A stretch of 64,000 nucleotides of DNA from Leptonemataceae bacterium (GCA_965227295.1 OZ245742.1:1824001-1888000), one strand, 5' to 3'; positions 11,344-21,816 are shown, counted from the first letter of the stretch. The notes: a model not told the origin generated them from the letters alone. Made by a program: numbers and translations.

Positions 11344-13815
11344 ATGTCTTCTATGATAGACCGCATCATTGATACCTTACGCAGCCTTTACGAAGGCGCG
11401 GCGGATCGATTGTATCGCATCAGCCTGCGCCTGGGCCCGTTTCTCGATAATCTGCGCGACCTCAGTCGCGAACACTGGCAGAAGCTGCTCATCTTCGGCA
11501 TCGGCGGGCCGGCGCTGTTTATTGCCGCGTTTTCGGGCATCGTCTTCGGTATGTACCTGGCGGATCGTTCCGAATTGATCGTTGAGCTGGACGAGTACCG
11601 GGAGTGGCTGCACGGCCGCGGCCGCAGCGAAAAGAAACCGGCTATCGTTATCTATGACGTGGGCGGCCGGCCCATCGGTGAATATCTTCCCGAACGCGGC
11701 TCGCGGATGACCATGAACGTTTGCGGCGAGGCGACCTGGCTGAAACACGCGGTGGTCTCCGCGGAAGATCGGGAGTTCTTCGATCACGGCGGGGTATCGT
11801 TGCGCGGCATCGTACGCGCAATCTACAATAACGTGCGCACGCTGTCGTTGCGCGAGGGCGGCGGTACCGTAACGCAACAGGTCGCGCGCAATCTGTTTAC
11901 CGATCGTGCGCGTTCGTTTACGCGTAAGCTCTACGAGACGTACGCCGCCTGGCTCATTGAAAGCAAACTCACGAAGGACGAGATTCTGTGTTTGTACTTA
12001 AACAAGATCTACATGGGCGAAGGCCGCATCGGTGCGGAAGAAGCGGCGTGGTTTTACTTTCGTAAGCCGCCGCAAAACCTCAACGCCGCCGAGGCGGCCA
12101 TGATCGTCGGCCTGTTCCCGAGCCCGGTGTACTACAGCCCGCTGAACAACATCGAACTATCGCTCAAGAAACAGCGCCTGGTCCTGGATGCCCTGGAAGA
12201 AGCGGAGCACCTGACCGAAAAAGAACGCAACATCGCCTACCAGGCCTTCCTGAAAAAGTACCGCGTGGAAACCGGCGGCGAAGATCCCGATCCCGGTGAG
12301 ATCGGCCGCTACGGCGCTTCGCGAGACTTCCGTTACAATGCCGCGCCGACGGCCAACGAGCACGTAAAGGACGTTTTGCATTCGAACAGTCTGATCCAGG
12401 AAGAGGTCGTGCGCGAAGGCGGCCTGCGCGTGTATACCACCATCGACCTGGATCGCCAGCGCGGCGCGCTGCAGGCGTTGCGGAGCAGCGTCGCCCAGGC
12501 GCGCGCTAAGATCATTTCAAACAATGCTAACAACAAAAGCTTCGAGGCGCGGGAGATCGAAAAAATTTCCCGGCGCATGAACGGGGCCTTCGTGGCCCTG
12601 GACTCGAACACCGGCGACATCCGCGCCATGGTGGGTGGTTACGCGGTGAACGAGGGCACGATGACCCGCCGTGTCTGGGCCATGCGCCGGCAGCCCGGTT
12701 CCACGATCAAGGGCGCGTTGTACGCCGTGGCCCTGGATGAGGGCGTCTACAGCGTGAACGATGTCGTCATCGACGAGAAGATCAGTATCGGCGGCTACAG
12801 TCCGCGCAACTGGAACGGCAAGTATTTAGGACCGGTGCCGTTGCGTCAGGCGTTGGCCATGTCCATCAACACGGTGGCGGTGAAGACGCTGGATCGCGTG
12901 GGCATCAGTCGCTTTCGCAATTTCTTATCGTCCGCCCTCGACCTGAGCTTTTTTGAATCGGGGGATCGCTTCCCGGGGAACTTGAGTCTGGCCCTCGGCT
13001 CCGGTGAAGTCACGCCCATGGAACTCGCGCGCATTTATGCTACCATCGAAAACGGCGGCCGGGTGGTGGAACCGCGGCTGATTACACGCATCGAAGATCG
13101 CGACGGCAAAGTCATTTACCAGGACTATCGGCGGCGGGACGACGGGGCGTTGGTACTCGGGGAGTACGCCTGCGCCGAGGCGGTGAAACTCATGCAGTCC
13201 GTCTTTGATCCGGAAGTCGAAGGCACGGTGAGCTACATCGGCAAACGTCGGGCCGGCAATCCGAATTATCTGCCGTTCCCCATCGCCGGCAAGACCGGGA
13301 CCGTTCAAATAGTAAAAGAGACCCGCAAAAAATATCCGGGCATGCGCGGCGTGCGGGACGCCTGGTTCGTGGGTCTCACGCCGGGCGAGGCGGCGGTGGT
13401 GTGGCTGGGCCACGACGAGGGCGCTCCCTTCCGCGGCTCCGGCAGCCAGGCCGCGAGCGTCTGGGCCGGCTACGCCCAGGCGTCGCTGCGCGGCAAGGTC
13501 TCCCGGGAGTGGCCGCGGGTGGACGAAGTGGAGATCGAGGATCCCGTGATTGAACTGGAGGAACCGTCGGACGAACAGGACGGCGACGATTCCTTAACCG
13601 GCGATGATCAGGAGTTAGTCGACACCGAGGCCGACGAAGTGCCGGAGCAAGACCCCGTGAAGGAGCCGGCGGAAAAACCGGAGGACACGGCGAGCCCGGG
13701 AGATGCGACGGGCGACGCGACAACGAATAAAGAACCCGCGAAGGAACCCGAGAAAAAACCGGAGGAAACTACGCCACCGCCGGTGAAGAAAGCGGAAGAA
13801 ACGGTGTCGCCGTAA
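11344..13815 (+). CDS. class A penicillin-binding protein (PBP1A family)
   Basis: Transglycosylase motifs EDREFFDHGG, GGGTVTQQVARN, LYLNKIY; transpeptidase SxxK (PGSTIK), SIN, KTGT; acidic C-terminal tail. Confidence 0.93.
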   Translation: MSSMIDRIIDTLRSLYEGAADRLYRISLRLGPFLDNLRDLSREHWQKLLIFGIGGPALFIAAFSGIVFGMYLADRSELIVELDEYREWLHGRGRSEKKPAIVIYDVGGRPIGEYLPERGSRMTMNVCGEATWLKHAVVSAEDREFFDHGGVSLRGIVRAIYNNVRTLSLREGGGTVTQQVARNLFTDRARSFTRKLYETYAAWLIESKLTKDEILCLYLNKIYMGEGRIGAEEAAWFYFRKPPQNLNAAEAAMIVGLFPSPVYYSPLNNIELSLKKQRLVLDALEEAEHLTEKERNIAYQAFLKKYRVETGGEDPDPGEIGRYGASRDFRYNAAPTANEHVKDVLHSNSLIQEEVVREGGLRVYTTIDLDRQRGALQALRSSVAQARAKIISNNANNKSFEAREIEKISRRMNGAFVALDSNTGDIRAMVGGYAVNEGTMTRRVWAMRRQPGSTIKGALYAVALDEGVYSVNDVVIDEKISIGGYSPRNWNGKYLGPVPLRQALAMSINTVAVKTLDRVGISRFRNFLSSALDLSFFESGDRFPGNLSLALGSGEVTPMELARIYATIENGGRVVEPRLITRIEDRDGKVIYQDYRRRDDGALVLGEYACAEAVKLMQSVFDPEVEGTVSYIGKRRAGNPNYLPFPIAGKTGTVQIVKETRKKYPGMRGVRDAWFVGLTPGEAAVVWLGHDEGAPFRGSGSQAASVWAGYAQASLRGKVSREWPRVDEVEIEDPVIELEEPSDEQDGDDSLTGDDQELVDTEADEVPEQDPVKEPAEKPEDTASPGDATGDATTNKEPAKEPEKKPEETTPPPVKKAEETVSP

Positions 13816-13938
13816 ACGTCGGTGACTCCGGCGTCTTCATCGCAATAATCGCTACGAAGCTGAGCACAATCCAGCGTTATTGCAGCACCACCCCGTTAAT
13901 TGCTTGAAATCCGGGGCGGCAACCGGCACGATTCTGAC

Positions 13939-14148
13939 GTGAAACGTCTGTTCCCCTGGCTGACCGTTGCATTCCTGGCCGCGCTCGTGACGTTCACCTT
14001 TCTCGCGCGCTTTGCCCCGGAAACCATCGGCAGCGCAGCCGCTGCCCTTGCAGCACAACGCAACGCCGACGTGCAAAACGCGCGCGATCTCACAAAGCCC
14101 GCGGCCAACGCCAAAAAAATTCTGGCGCCCGCGCCCGAGGCGAAGTAG
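13939..14148 (+). CDS. small membrane-anchored hypothetical protein
   Basis: GTG start, MKRLFPWLTVAFLAALVTFTFLARF hydrophobic helix; ends 9 bp before the next gene. Confidence 0.5.
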   Translation: MKRLFPWLTVAFLAALVTFTFLARFAPETIGSAAAALAAQRNADVQNARDLTKPAANAKKILAPAPEAK

Positions 14149-14157
14149 AATCGCAGG

Positions 14158-15510
14158 ATGTCCGCGTATCTTTCACCGGAGTTTCTCGCGAAGCTCGATC
14201 CCGTCACGCTGGCGGTGCCGTTTTTTATCGCGCTCATATTCATTGAGGCGCTTGCGGCCTGGCTGTCGCGGCGGCAACGCGGACGTCGGCTGTATCGCTG
14301 GAACGACAGCATCAGCGCGCTCAGCACGGGGCTTATCTTTTCGATCGCCGGCGTCGCCGTCACCGCGGGTGCGCTCTATGTTTACGCCCTTGTGGGAAGC
14401 ACGCTGCCGCTGGGCGACACATTGTTGCGTAAGATGGGATTGCCGGAGGTTAGTCTCGCTTCGCCCTGGTACATCTGGCTGATCGTTCTCGTCGTCGTCG
14501 ACTGCGTCTATTACTGGTTTCATCGCGCGTGCCACGAGGTGCGCTTTCTCTGGGCGTGTCACGTTACGCATCATTCCGGCGAAGAGTTCAATCTCTCGAC
14601 GGCGCTCCGCCAGTGTGCGTTCCAGCGCGTCTTCGAGTATTCGTTTTACTTACCGCTGGCCGTCGCGGGCATACCGTGGCAGATGATGTTCATTTGCCAC
14701 GGCGGCGTGAAGATCTATCAGTTCTGGGTGCACACGCGCATCATCGGCAGGCTGGGGTTTCTGGAAGCGTTCCTGCTCACGCCGTCCCATCATCGTGTGC
14801 ACCACGGCCGGGACCCGCGCTACCTCGATAAAAATCACGGTGGTATCTTCATTCTCTGGGATCGTCTGTTCGGAACCTACGTCGAAGAAAGTGACGAACC
14901 GCACTACGGTCTCACGAAACCCCTGGCGAACTGGGATCCGTTGTGGGCCAACGTCCACGAGTACGCCGGCATCTGGAACGACGCGAAACGTACTCAAAAC
15001 TGGCGCGATAAGATCGGCGTCTTCTTGAACAAACCCGGCTGGCGTCCGTCGGACCTGGGCGGGTCCTTGCCGGTGCCGGAGGTCGGTGCATCGTATCGCA
15101 AGTACGATCCACAGCTCAGCGCCGGAGAAACCGCGTACGCCTTCGCGCAGTTCGTCCTGCTCACGGTGGCAGCGTTGTTGTTTCTCAAGGCGGCTAAGGG
15201 TACCGCGACTTCGGCAGCACTGTTGTCGCTGCATCCGGTACTCATCGCCGCCTGGGGCGTATATATTGTGATCGCCCTCGCGAGTGTCGGCACCTTCCTG
15301 AACTACGGAATGTCCCGACGCAGCACCATCTTCGAAGTCACTCGCCTGGGAATTGTCGTCGTGGCGATGCCCGAACTCGCGTTTGTACATGATTGGCCGG
15401 CAGCCGTGGCCGGCAGTGTGACCGCCCTGGCCCTGGGCTCCATCGGATGGCTCATGCTCGTGCGTCGCTCTTCGTTTGACGTGGAACCCGCCGCCCTGCA
15501 TCGGGGCTAA
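14158..15510 (+). CDS. sterol desaturase/fatty-acid hydroxylase family, alkylglycerol monooxygenase-like
   Basis: His boxes HRACH, HVTHH, HHRVHH; YLDKNHGG; WDRLFGT; C-terminal TM extension. Confidence 0.9.
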   Translation: MSAYLSPEFLAKLDPVTLAVPFFIALIFIEALAAWLSRRQRGRRLYRWNDSISALSTGLIFSIAGVAVTAGALYVYALVGSTLPLGDTLLRKMGLPEVSLASPWYIWLIVLVVVDCVYYWFHRACHEVRFLWACHVTHHSGEEFNLSTALRQCAFQRVFEYSFYLPLAVAGIPWQMMFICHGGVKIYQFWVHTRIIGRLGFLEAFLLTPSHHRVHHGRDPRYLDKNHGGIFILWDRLFGTYVEESDEPHYGLTKPLANWDPLWANVHEYAGIWNDAKRTQNWRDKIGVFLNKPGWRPSDLGGSLPVPEVGASYRKYDPQLSAGETAYAFAQFVLLTVAALLFLKAAKGTATSAALLSLHPVLIAAWGVYIVIALASVGTFLNYGMSRRSTIFEVTRLGIVVVAMPELAFVHDWPAAVAGSVTALALGSIGWLMLVRRSSFDVEPAALHRG

Positions 15511-17354
15511 TGCTCAGAGAACTCGTACGCCAGTGCCTGTCCGATGCCGTGGACGCCGCGGAGAATCTCGGTCCGCATACGGATCGCCCGGACATTCGCG
15601 TGGAGTACGCCCGCGACGAGAAGTTCGGTGATTACGCCTGCACCGTCGCCATGGACAAACGCTTCCGTGAACTCTACGCGGAGCGCGAGCCGTCGTTCAA
15701 GAATCCGAAGAACTTCGCCGGCGCCCTGCTAGAGGCCGTCGAGTCTTACGACGGCGCACGCCCGCCGGAAGAACGTCTGTTCGCGAGCATTGACGTGGCC
15801 GGCCCAGGCTTTCTCAATCTTACGATCAGCCCGGCGGCGCTGTGGCGCTACGCAAAACTTGCCGCGGACGATCGCGCGAAGTACGGTCACAGCACAAAAG
15901 CGAATCCGCGCAAGATCATCTTCGAGTTCGTGTCCGCAAATCCCACCGGTCCGTTGAACGTCGTCTCCGCGCGCGCGGCGGCCCTGGGCGACGCCTGCTG
16001 TCGATTGCTCACGGCCTCCGGCGAGGACGTCACTCCGGAATTTTATGTAAACGACTACGGCAACCAGGTGGAACTCCTGGGCCGCAGTTGTCTCTTGCGT
16101 TACGCCGAAAGCGAAGGCCTCGCGCTCAAGTTTTTCGATGCCGAAGCGAAGGTCTATCCGGACGGACCGGGCCTGCCGTTTCCCTCCGGCGGCTATCACG
16201 GCGAGTACATCCCCGAGGCCGTGGCCGCGGTGGTGCAAAAGCGCCCGGAGTTAAAGTTAACAGAGGACGCCCTCGCGAAACTGAAGGACCTGGCTCAGCA
16301 GAAGGACGTAGCCGAAAACTTCATCGAAGAGGACGAGACCTTCTTGCAGTGCGCCCGGGAGTTCGGGGCCGCAACCATCGATCACTTCCTGTCGACGCAG
16401 CAGCGAGACCTGAAGCAATTCCGCGTAAACTTCGCGAACTTTTTTCGCGAGAGTTCGTTGCATTCCGACGGGCGGGTCCTCGCGGCCCGGGAGAAACTCG
16501 GCACGCACGTCTATGAAGAAAACGGCAAGGCGCTCTTTCGCAGCACGGACTTCGGCGACGACAAGGACCGCGTCATCATTCGTGACGACGGCCGACCGAC
16601 GTACCTCCTCGCCGACATCGCCTATCATCACACGAAGATCGAGCGCGGCTTCTCGCAGATTTACAATATCTGGGGACCCGACCACCACGGCTACATCGCC
16701 CGGCTGGCCGGAGCAATGCGGGCCATGGATTTTCCCGAGGACGAGTTCCGCGTGTTGATCGCGCAGCAGGTGCGTCTGCTGCAAGACGGCGCCGAACTGA
16801 TCATGAGCAAACGCAAGGGGCAACTGATCACCATGGCCGAACTCATGGAAGAGGTTCCCGTGGACGTGTCGCGCTATTTCTTCGTAATGCGCACATTCGA
16901 ATCGCACCTGGACTTCGACCTCGACGAGGCCCGGGACACGTCCGACAAAAACCCGTACTACTACGTCGCTTACGCTCACGCGCGCATCCATTCGATCTTT
17001 CGCAACGCGGCCGAGCGGGACCTCGGCGTGTTAAAAGACGTCGCGGCCTGGCAAGGTGCAGTTGATTTGGAGTTAAGCGAAGAACGCCGACGCCTGCTGG
17101 TGCTGCTCGCGCGATTCCCCGACGAAGTCGCCGACGCCGCCCTGGCGCTGGAGCCGCATCGTCTCGTGACGTACCTCTACGAACTCGCCACGGCATTGTC
17201 GCGGTTTTACGGCAAGAAAGAGAACAAGGTCATCGACCACGAGGCGCAGACCGCCGCGGCGTTGCTGTCCATCCTCGATGCGGTGGCGGTGTGCCTTAAG
17301 AACGGCCTTGAAATGCTGGGCATGGAAGCCCCGGATCGCATGGATCAAAAGTAA
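15510..17354 (+). CDS. argS: arginine--tRNA ligase
   Basis: FGDYA, AGPGFLN, EFVSANPTGPL, YVNDYGNQ, DIAYH, WGPDHHGY, MSKRKG, YYVAYAHARIHS. Confidence 0.97.
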   Translation: MLRELVRQCLSDAVDAAENLGPHTDRPDIRVEYARDEKFGDYACTVAMDKRFRELYAEREPSFKNPKNFAGALLEAVESYDGARPPEERLFASIDVAGPGFLNLTISPAALWRYAKLAADDRAKYGHSTKANPRKIIFEFVSANPTGPLNVVSARAAALGDACCRLLTASGEDVTPEFYVNDYGNQVELLGRSCLLRYAESEGLALKFFDAEAKVYPDGPGLPFPSGGYHGEYIPEAVAAVVQKRPELKLTEDALAKLKDLAQQKDVAENFIEEDETFLQCAREFGAATIDHFLSTQQRDLKQFRVNFANFFRESSLHSDGRVLAAREKLGTHVYEENGKALFRSTDFGDDKDRVIIRDDGRPTYLLADIAYHHTKIERGFSQIYNIWGPDHHGYIARLAGAMRAMDFPEDEFRVLIAQQVRLLQDGAELIMSKRKGQLITMAELMEEVPVDVSRYFFVMRTFESHLDFDLDEARDTSDKNPYYYVAYAHARIHSIFRNAAERDLGVLKDVAAWQGAVDLELSEERRRLLVLLARFPDEVADAALALEPHRLVTYLYELATALSRFYGKKENKVIDHEAQTAAALLSILDAVAVCLKNGLEMLGMEAPDRMDQK

Positions 17355-17374
17355 CGGCGGAGACACGCACTGTG

Positions 17375-18103
17375 ACACGCCCCGAATCGTGATGTAAGTG
17401 GTGGCCAGTGTACATTAAGACTTTTATGGGTACAACTGGTTCCAGCTGACGTACGGAGGTCATGCCGGGGACCTTGGTAAGGCGGACCGGAACGGCGTCG
17501 TCGCTGCGGAAAAAACATCAAGCGAAGGCGCACCGGAACGGCGTTTTCCTCGCAGCATTCGCCAACGGAGCTGAGTCACAAACCGACGTCCGGGTCGAGA
17601 CGGACAGTCTAAACAAAACGAAAATCCACAACTCCCGCTCAGCCGTAGCCAAAAAAATAACTTCACCGTTGCGCAACTTACTTCGTGTTTCTCACGGCAA
17701 CAGTCACGAACCGCAGTCCTTGAACTACCGGAAACGCCCGGGCAGTTCGCACACGCCCCGAATCGTGGTGTAAGTGACGGCCAGCTTGTATTAAGCCTTT
17801 TTTGGGTACAACTGGTTCCAGCTGACGAGCGGAGGTCGGGCAGGGGAGCATGGTAAGGCGGACCGGAACGGCGTCGTCGCTTCGGAAAAAACATCAAGCG
17901 AAGGCGCACCGGAACGGCGTTTTCCTCGCAGCATTCGCCAACGGGAGCTGAGTCACAAACCGACGTCCGGGTCGAGACGGACAGTCTTAACAAAACGAAA
18001 ATCCACAACTCCCGCTCAGCTGTAGCAAACAAGTCCCTTCACCGTTGGGCGACTTGTTTCATGTTTCTCGCGGCGACGGTTGCGAACCGCTGCTCTTCTA
18101 CCG
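17375..18103. repeat. tandem duplication of a ~376-bp non-coding unit (copies start at 17375 and 17751)
   Basis: Both copies begin ACACGCCCCGAATCGTG and share long identical blocks. They differ by substitutions and small indels. Confidence 0.93.
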
Positions 18104-18114
18104 CTGAGTGCGGC

Positions 18115-18951
18115 TCAGTTCTGTAACGGCACCGCGTTCCCATCCATGACGAACTGCTCCGGTTCACGAAGGAACCTGCGCAGGTCGTCGGCGATGTCCT
18201 GGCGCGTGTAGATCATGTTGTAACCGTTGCCGGCGCCGGAGACGAGGCGGAGGCGAGCCCGGGGAAGTTTCGCGGCAAAATCGGTGAGTTCGTAGGCGTA
18301 GAACTTCGCCGCAATCAAGAATACCGGCCCGGTGAGATTCATGGAGGCCACTTCGCTAAGATCTTTCCGGTAAAACTTACGATTCGGTGAGAGCAGAACC
18401 AGGCAGTCCACCCCCGGCAGGCTTTCGGTCATGAGCAGATTCGAATAAAAGTCCCCGGCGACGAGGCATATCGAATCGCTCCGGTTTCCCAGAATCTGTG
18501 CCGTATCTTTCAGCGCGCCCAGCACGGCCCGGAAGTCGTGCAACAAGGCCGCGACCTGCTCGCGATTCTTCGTGAGCTCGGCGGCGGTCTTTGCGCCGTG
18601 CAGTTTCGTACGCACCACGGGGCGATGACCGCGCGGAACGAAAAAAGCCGCGTGAAACTCGTCCCGCATGCCGGCGACGAGTTCGCCCAGATGCTCGTGG
18701 GACGTCGTGTAGAGATCGGGAACGAACAAAACCAGACGGCGGGCGTTTTCGTTTTTCGACGGATAGATCACCAGGCGACTGCGATAGCCGTCCAGGGAGG
18801 GGACGTTGAGTTCGTAGCGCAAGCCGCTGCCGCGAACCTCGTAGCGCTCGATGTCGTACCAGAGTGTGGCCGGGGTATGCCACTCACCCAGGGGCTGCGC
18901 CGCCGCACTCGCCGCGGCACACAGAACGGCGATCACCAGGGCGAGGCGCAT
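18115..18951 (-). CDS. secreted hypothetical protein, possibly a degenerate alpha/beta-hydrolase fold
   Basis: Signal peptide; hydrolase-like strand pattern but no GxSxG (ICLVAGDF). Confidence 0.7.
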   Translation of the reverse strand: MRLALVIAVLCAAASAAAQPLGEWHTPATLWYDIERYEVRGSGLRYELNVPSLDGYRSRLVIYPSKNENARRLVLFVPDLYTTSHEHLGELVAGMRDEFHAAFFVPRGHRPVVRTKLHGAKTAAELTKNREQVAALLHDFRAVLGALKDTAQILGNRSDSICLVAGDFYSNLLMTESLPGVDCLVLLSPNRKFYRKDLSEVASMNLTGPVFLIAAKFYAYELTDFAAKLPRARLRLVSGAGNGYNMIYTRQDIADDLRRFLREPEQFVMDGNAVPLQN

Positions 18952-18955
18952 AACA

Positions 18956-19771
18956 CTAACCTTGCCTCACGTAACGTTTAGAAAAATCGAACGACTGTCC
19001 GCGCAGCTCTGCCCGCTTTCCATCGATGAGAAACTCCACCCGGCGCAGTTCGCTGCTTACGGCGAACAACGAAGCGGTCAATGCCCGAAAGTACGCGTTC
19101 ACCAGTTCCGCATGATTCGGCGTATTGCCCTCCCCGTCTTCGCGGCCCTGAAAAAATCGTTCCAGTTCCTCTTCAATCGTCGCCGCGCGCAGGTCCAGCA
19201 CGAGCCCCTGTTGCTCCTCGTTGTACCAGGCTTTGCGGATCGCGAGACCGAAGTCCGGCAGGGGTTCCAGGTTCGCATTGTGACGGCCGCTCCGCGCCTC
19301 CTGCAGCCCCGTGGGCCGGCTGATGGCGTGGGCGATTTCCACGGCTCGTTCTTCCGGAGCCGATGAAAGATGCAACGGCCGCGCGGCGACGGTGAGTTCG
19401 CCGGTGTTCCGGTCCACGCCGTAGATTTCTATGAGGTCGCGGCTGTCGACCACCGGCGGATAAAAAAACGTCCCCGGCACAAGCAGGCGAAAGGGATTCG
19501 TGCCCACCAGCGTAAAAAAACCGACGAACATAATGACCAGGGCCCACAGGACCGTCACGAAACGACTGCGTCGACTCACGGAAAGATCCGCGACGTAGGC
19601 GAGGAAAGCCGCACGCGCCCGGCCCGCGTACTCCGGCATGCGGCGCAGATGATCCGGAAGCGTGAGCAGAAATTCCCGGATCCGGGGCGCAAGACTCGCC
19701 GCGAGTTCGTTCGCGCGGCGGCTGAGATCGCCAAAGCGGGGAAGGGGAGATTTTTTAACTTTTTCGGACAT
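18956..19771 (-). CDS. membrane-anchored hypothetical protein, C-terminus resembles GerMN
   Basis: One TM segment; C-terminal ALTASLF...RRVEFLIDGK. Confidence 0.7.
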   Translation of the reverse strand: MSEKVKKSPLPRFGDLSRRANELAASLAPRIREFLLTLPDHLRRMPEYAGRARAAFLAYVADLSVSRRSRFVTVLWALVIMFVGFFTLVGTNPFRLLVPGTFFYPPVVDSRDLIEIYGVDRNTGELTVAARPLHLSSAPEERAVEIAHAISRPTGLQEARSGRHNANLEPLPDFGLAIRKAWYNEEQQGLVLDLRAATIEEELERFFQGREDGEGNTPNHAELVNAYFRALTASLFAVSSELRRVEFLIDGKRAELRGQSFDFSKRYVRQG

Positions 19772-19804
19772 AGGATTACTTCACTAATAATTACCAAGAA
19801 TAAG

Positions 19805-20626
19805 CTACATAAACCAGAATCGGTCTCCACGATTGAAGCGAGCCACGCCGTCGGCGAAGCTCCGGCTGCGAATCACCGGAAAGAAGTTGCGCGCCTCCAA
19901 TTGCAGGGCCTCTTCGAGACCCAGGTGCGCGCCGAAGATCGCCGAGGACAGGTCCGCCATGAGCGCGTCCCGGGGCTGCACACAGATTTGCTCCGCCACT
20001 CGAAAGGCCCGCTGCAAACCGCGGCCCTTCGGCGTAAGCTCCCAGACCAGGCCGATCTCGTGCGCGCGTTTCGCGCGAATGCGCTGGCCGGTGATGATCA
20101 ACGGCAACGCCTGGGCCTGGCCGAGCAACCGCGGCAAATACACCGTGCCGCCGTCTACGAGGGGCACGCCCCAGCGCCGGCATGCCACGGAAAACAACGC
20201 CTGCTTTTCGGCAATGCGGATGTGACCGTGACAGAAGAGTTCCAGGCCGCCGGCGTAAGTGTAACCGTGCGAAACGGTAATCACGGGCTTGCTCTGCACG
20301 ATGCGCGTGCCGCCCATGGGACCGGTGCCGTTCTTTACGTACTCGGCGACTTCGGCATCGCTCGCGTTCATATCCGCGAGTTGGTCCAGCGCGCTCAGAT
20401 CGGCTCCGGAGCAAAAGGCCTTGTCCCCGGCCCCGCGCAGGATCGCCACGGTGAGTTCGTCGTCGTCCCCGAATCGCTGCCAGGCTTCGAGGAACAGCCG
20501 CGCCGTTTCACCGTCGATGCAGTTGTGCATGTCCGGCCGATTGATGACGATCTCGAAGATCGATCCACCGGGACCGTGCTCATCTTCCACGCGATGGACT
20601 TTCGTTAATAGAGGGGCGTCACTCAT
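19805..20626 (-). CDS. enoyl-CoA hydratase/isomerase family
   Basis: INRPDMHN, AFCSGADL, KPVI, AGGLEL, WGVPLVDGG. ATG 20626. Confidence 0.93.
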   Translation of the reverse strand: MSDAPLLTKVHRVEDEHGPGGSIFEIVINRPDMHNCIDGETARLFLEAWQRFGDDDELTVAILRGAGDKAFCSGADLSALDQLADMNASDAEVAEYVKNGTGPMGGTRIVQSKPVITVSHGYTYAGGLELFCHGHIRIAEKQALFSVACRRWGVPLVDGGTVYLPRLLGQAQALPLIITGQRIRAKRAHEIGLVWELTPKGRGLQRAFRVAEQICVQPRDALMADLSSAIFGAHLGLEEALQLEARNFFPVIRSRSFADGVARFNRGDRFWFM

Positions 20627-20736
20627 AGGTCGGCTTCGCGCTATGATTCTCGCACATTTCGGCGGCGCCACAACGATTTTCCAGGAATTACGCGGCAAAC
20701 GTTGACAGCGATTTCAGGCGATGCGACGTAAGGCGG

Positions 20737-21558
20737 ATGAAACGATCGCCCCTTTCCGTGATTCTGGCCGGCCTGGCCCTGATCGCCTTCGCGATCTATA
20801 TGGAGTCGACGGCGGGACTGCCGCCGATATCGGACGACGCGCCGCTCCAACCGGCGATCCTCTACTTTGAGCTGGCCGAGAATCGCGCTGAGGTCGAACA
20901 GGCCCTGACCCCCGCCGACCCCGACTATCGCTTCGAAGGCGAAACGGCAGCCGACTGCGTCCCGGGCCCGGTATGCATGCGCCGCCGGGCGGACCTGGTG
21001 AACACACTGGATGCCGGCCTGCTGATCCTCTATCCCCTGTACTTTCTTACGATCTTTGCCTGGCTGCGCGGGGACAGCGGGACGATCTTTTTAATCGGGC
21101 TCATGACAGTGCCGATCATGGTGATCGGTGATGTTCTGGAAAACGCACGCCTCTTTGAACTGACCGCGCTCCTGGACCAGGCGGATGCCGGAATCCAGGG
21201 CCTCGATCCGATCTTCGAGCGCGTCGTGCAGCATCTCCAGCAATACACGCGACTCAAGTGGGGCGCGATCTTCGCGGCCTGCCTGGCCGTGGGGGCGCTC
21301 TACAGCCGCCGCATCTTTGCCGGAGATGGGACGGCGGTCGTCAGCGGTGCGGTCTACCGCGCACTGGACCGCTGGCTGCCGCTGATTGCGGCGGTAGTTT
21401 TCGTCGTTACGGGCGCCGTGGGATCATTCAGCCTGTTGCCCGGCGAGCGCAGTGCCCTGCCATCGGCCTTTGCCGGAATGTTCCTGGGCTACCTCCTTGT
21501 GTTCGTCCACGCTGTGACTGCCGCGCTCGCGGAACGCTCGCGTCGAAAAGCCGGTTGA
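20737..21558 (+). CDS. hypothetical integral membrane protein
   Basis: Several TM segments, GDVLEN and KW motifs, host-like codon usage. Confidence 0.75.
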   Translation: MKRSPLSVILAGLALIAFAIYMESTAGLPPISDDAPLQPAILYFELAENRAEVEQALTPADPDYRFEGETAADCVPGPVCMRRRADLVNTLDAGLLILYPLYFLTIFAWLRGDSGTIFLIGLMTVPIMVIGDVLENARLFELTALLDQADAGIQGLDPIFERVVQHLQQYTRLKWGAIFAACLAVGALYSRRIFAGDGTAVVSGAVYRALDRWLPLIAAVVFVVTGAVGSFSLLPGERSALPSAFAGMFLGYLLVFVHAVTAALAERSRRKAG

Positions 21559-21648
21559 CGGTGGACGGCTCTACGGATTTGTTTCCAAATTCCGGCCGAT
21601 AATGCAATATCCGGTCGGCGGAGATCCTGGCTGCCGGATTTTCGGAGC

Positions 21649-21721
21649 GCTGCCTTAGCTTAGTTGGTAGAGCAGCTGACTTGTAATCAGCAGGTCGTGG
21701 GTTCGATTCCTACAGGCAGCA
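21649..21721 (+). tRNA. tRNA-Thr(TGT)
   Basis: Acceptor GCTGCCT/AGGCAGC, anticodon arm GCTGA-CTTGTAA-TCAGC, T loop GTTCGATTC. Confidence 0.97.
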
Positions 21722-21731
21722 CAGTGAAAAG

Positions 21732-21813
21732 GGGCAGATGCCCGAGTGGTTAAAGGGAGCAGACTGTAAATCTGCCGGCGTAGCCTACGAAGGTTCGAAT
21801 CCTTCTCTGCCCA
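21732..21813 (+). tRNA. tRNA-Tyr(GTA)
   Basis: Acceptor GGGCAGA/TCTGCCC, anticodon arm GCAGA-CTGTAAA-TCTGC, long variable arm, GTTCGAATC. Confidence 0.97.
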
Positions 21814-21816
21814 GAT

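Noticed and set aside
17375-18103. CRISPR array or coding ORFs (17460-18032 minus, 17462-17773 plus) in the tandem repeat
   Set aside because: No short repeat/unique spacer pattern and no cas genes; reading frames are not preserved between the copies.
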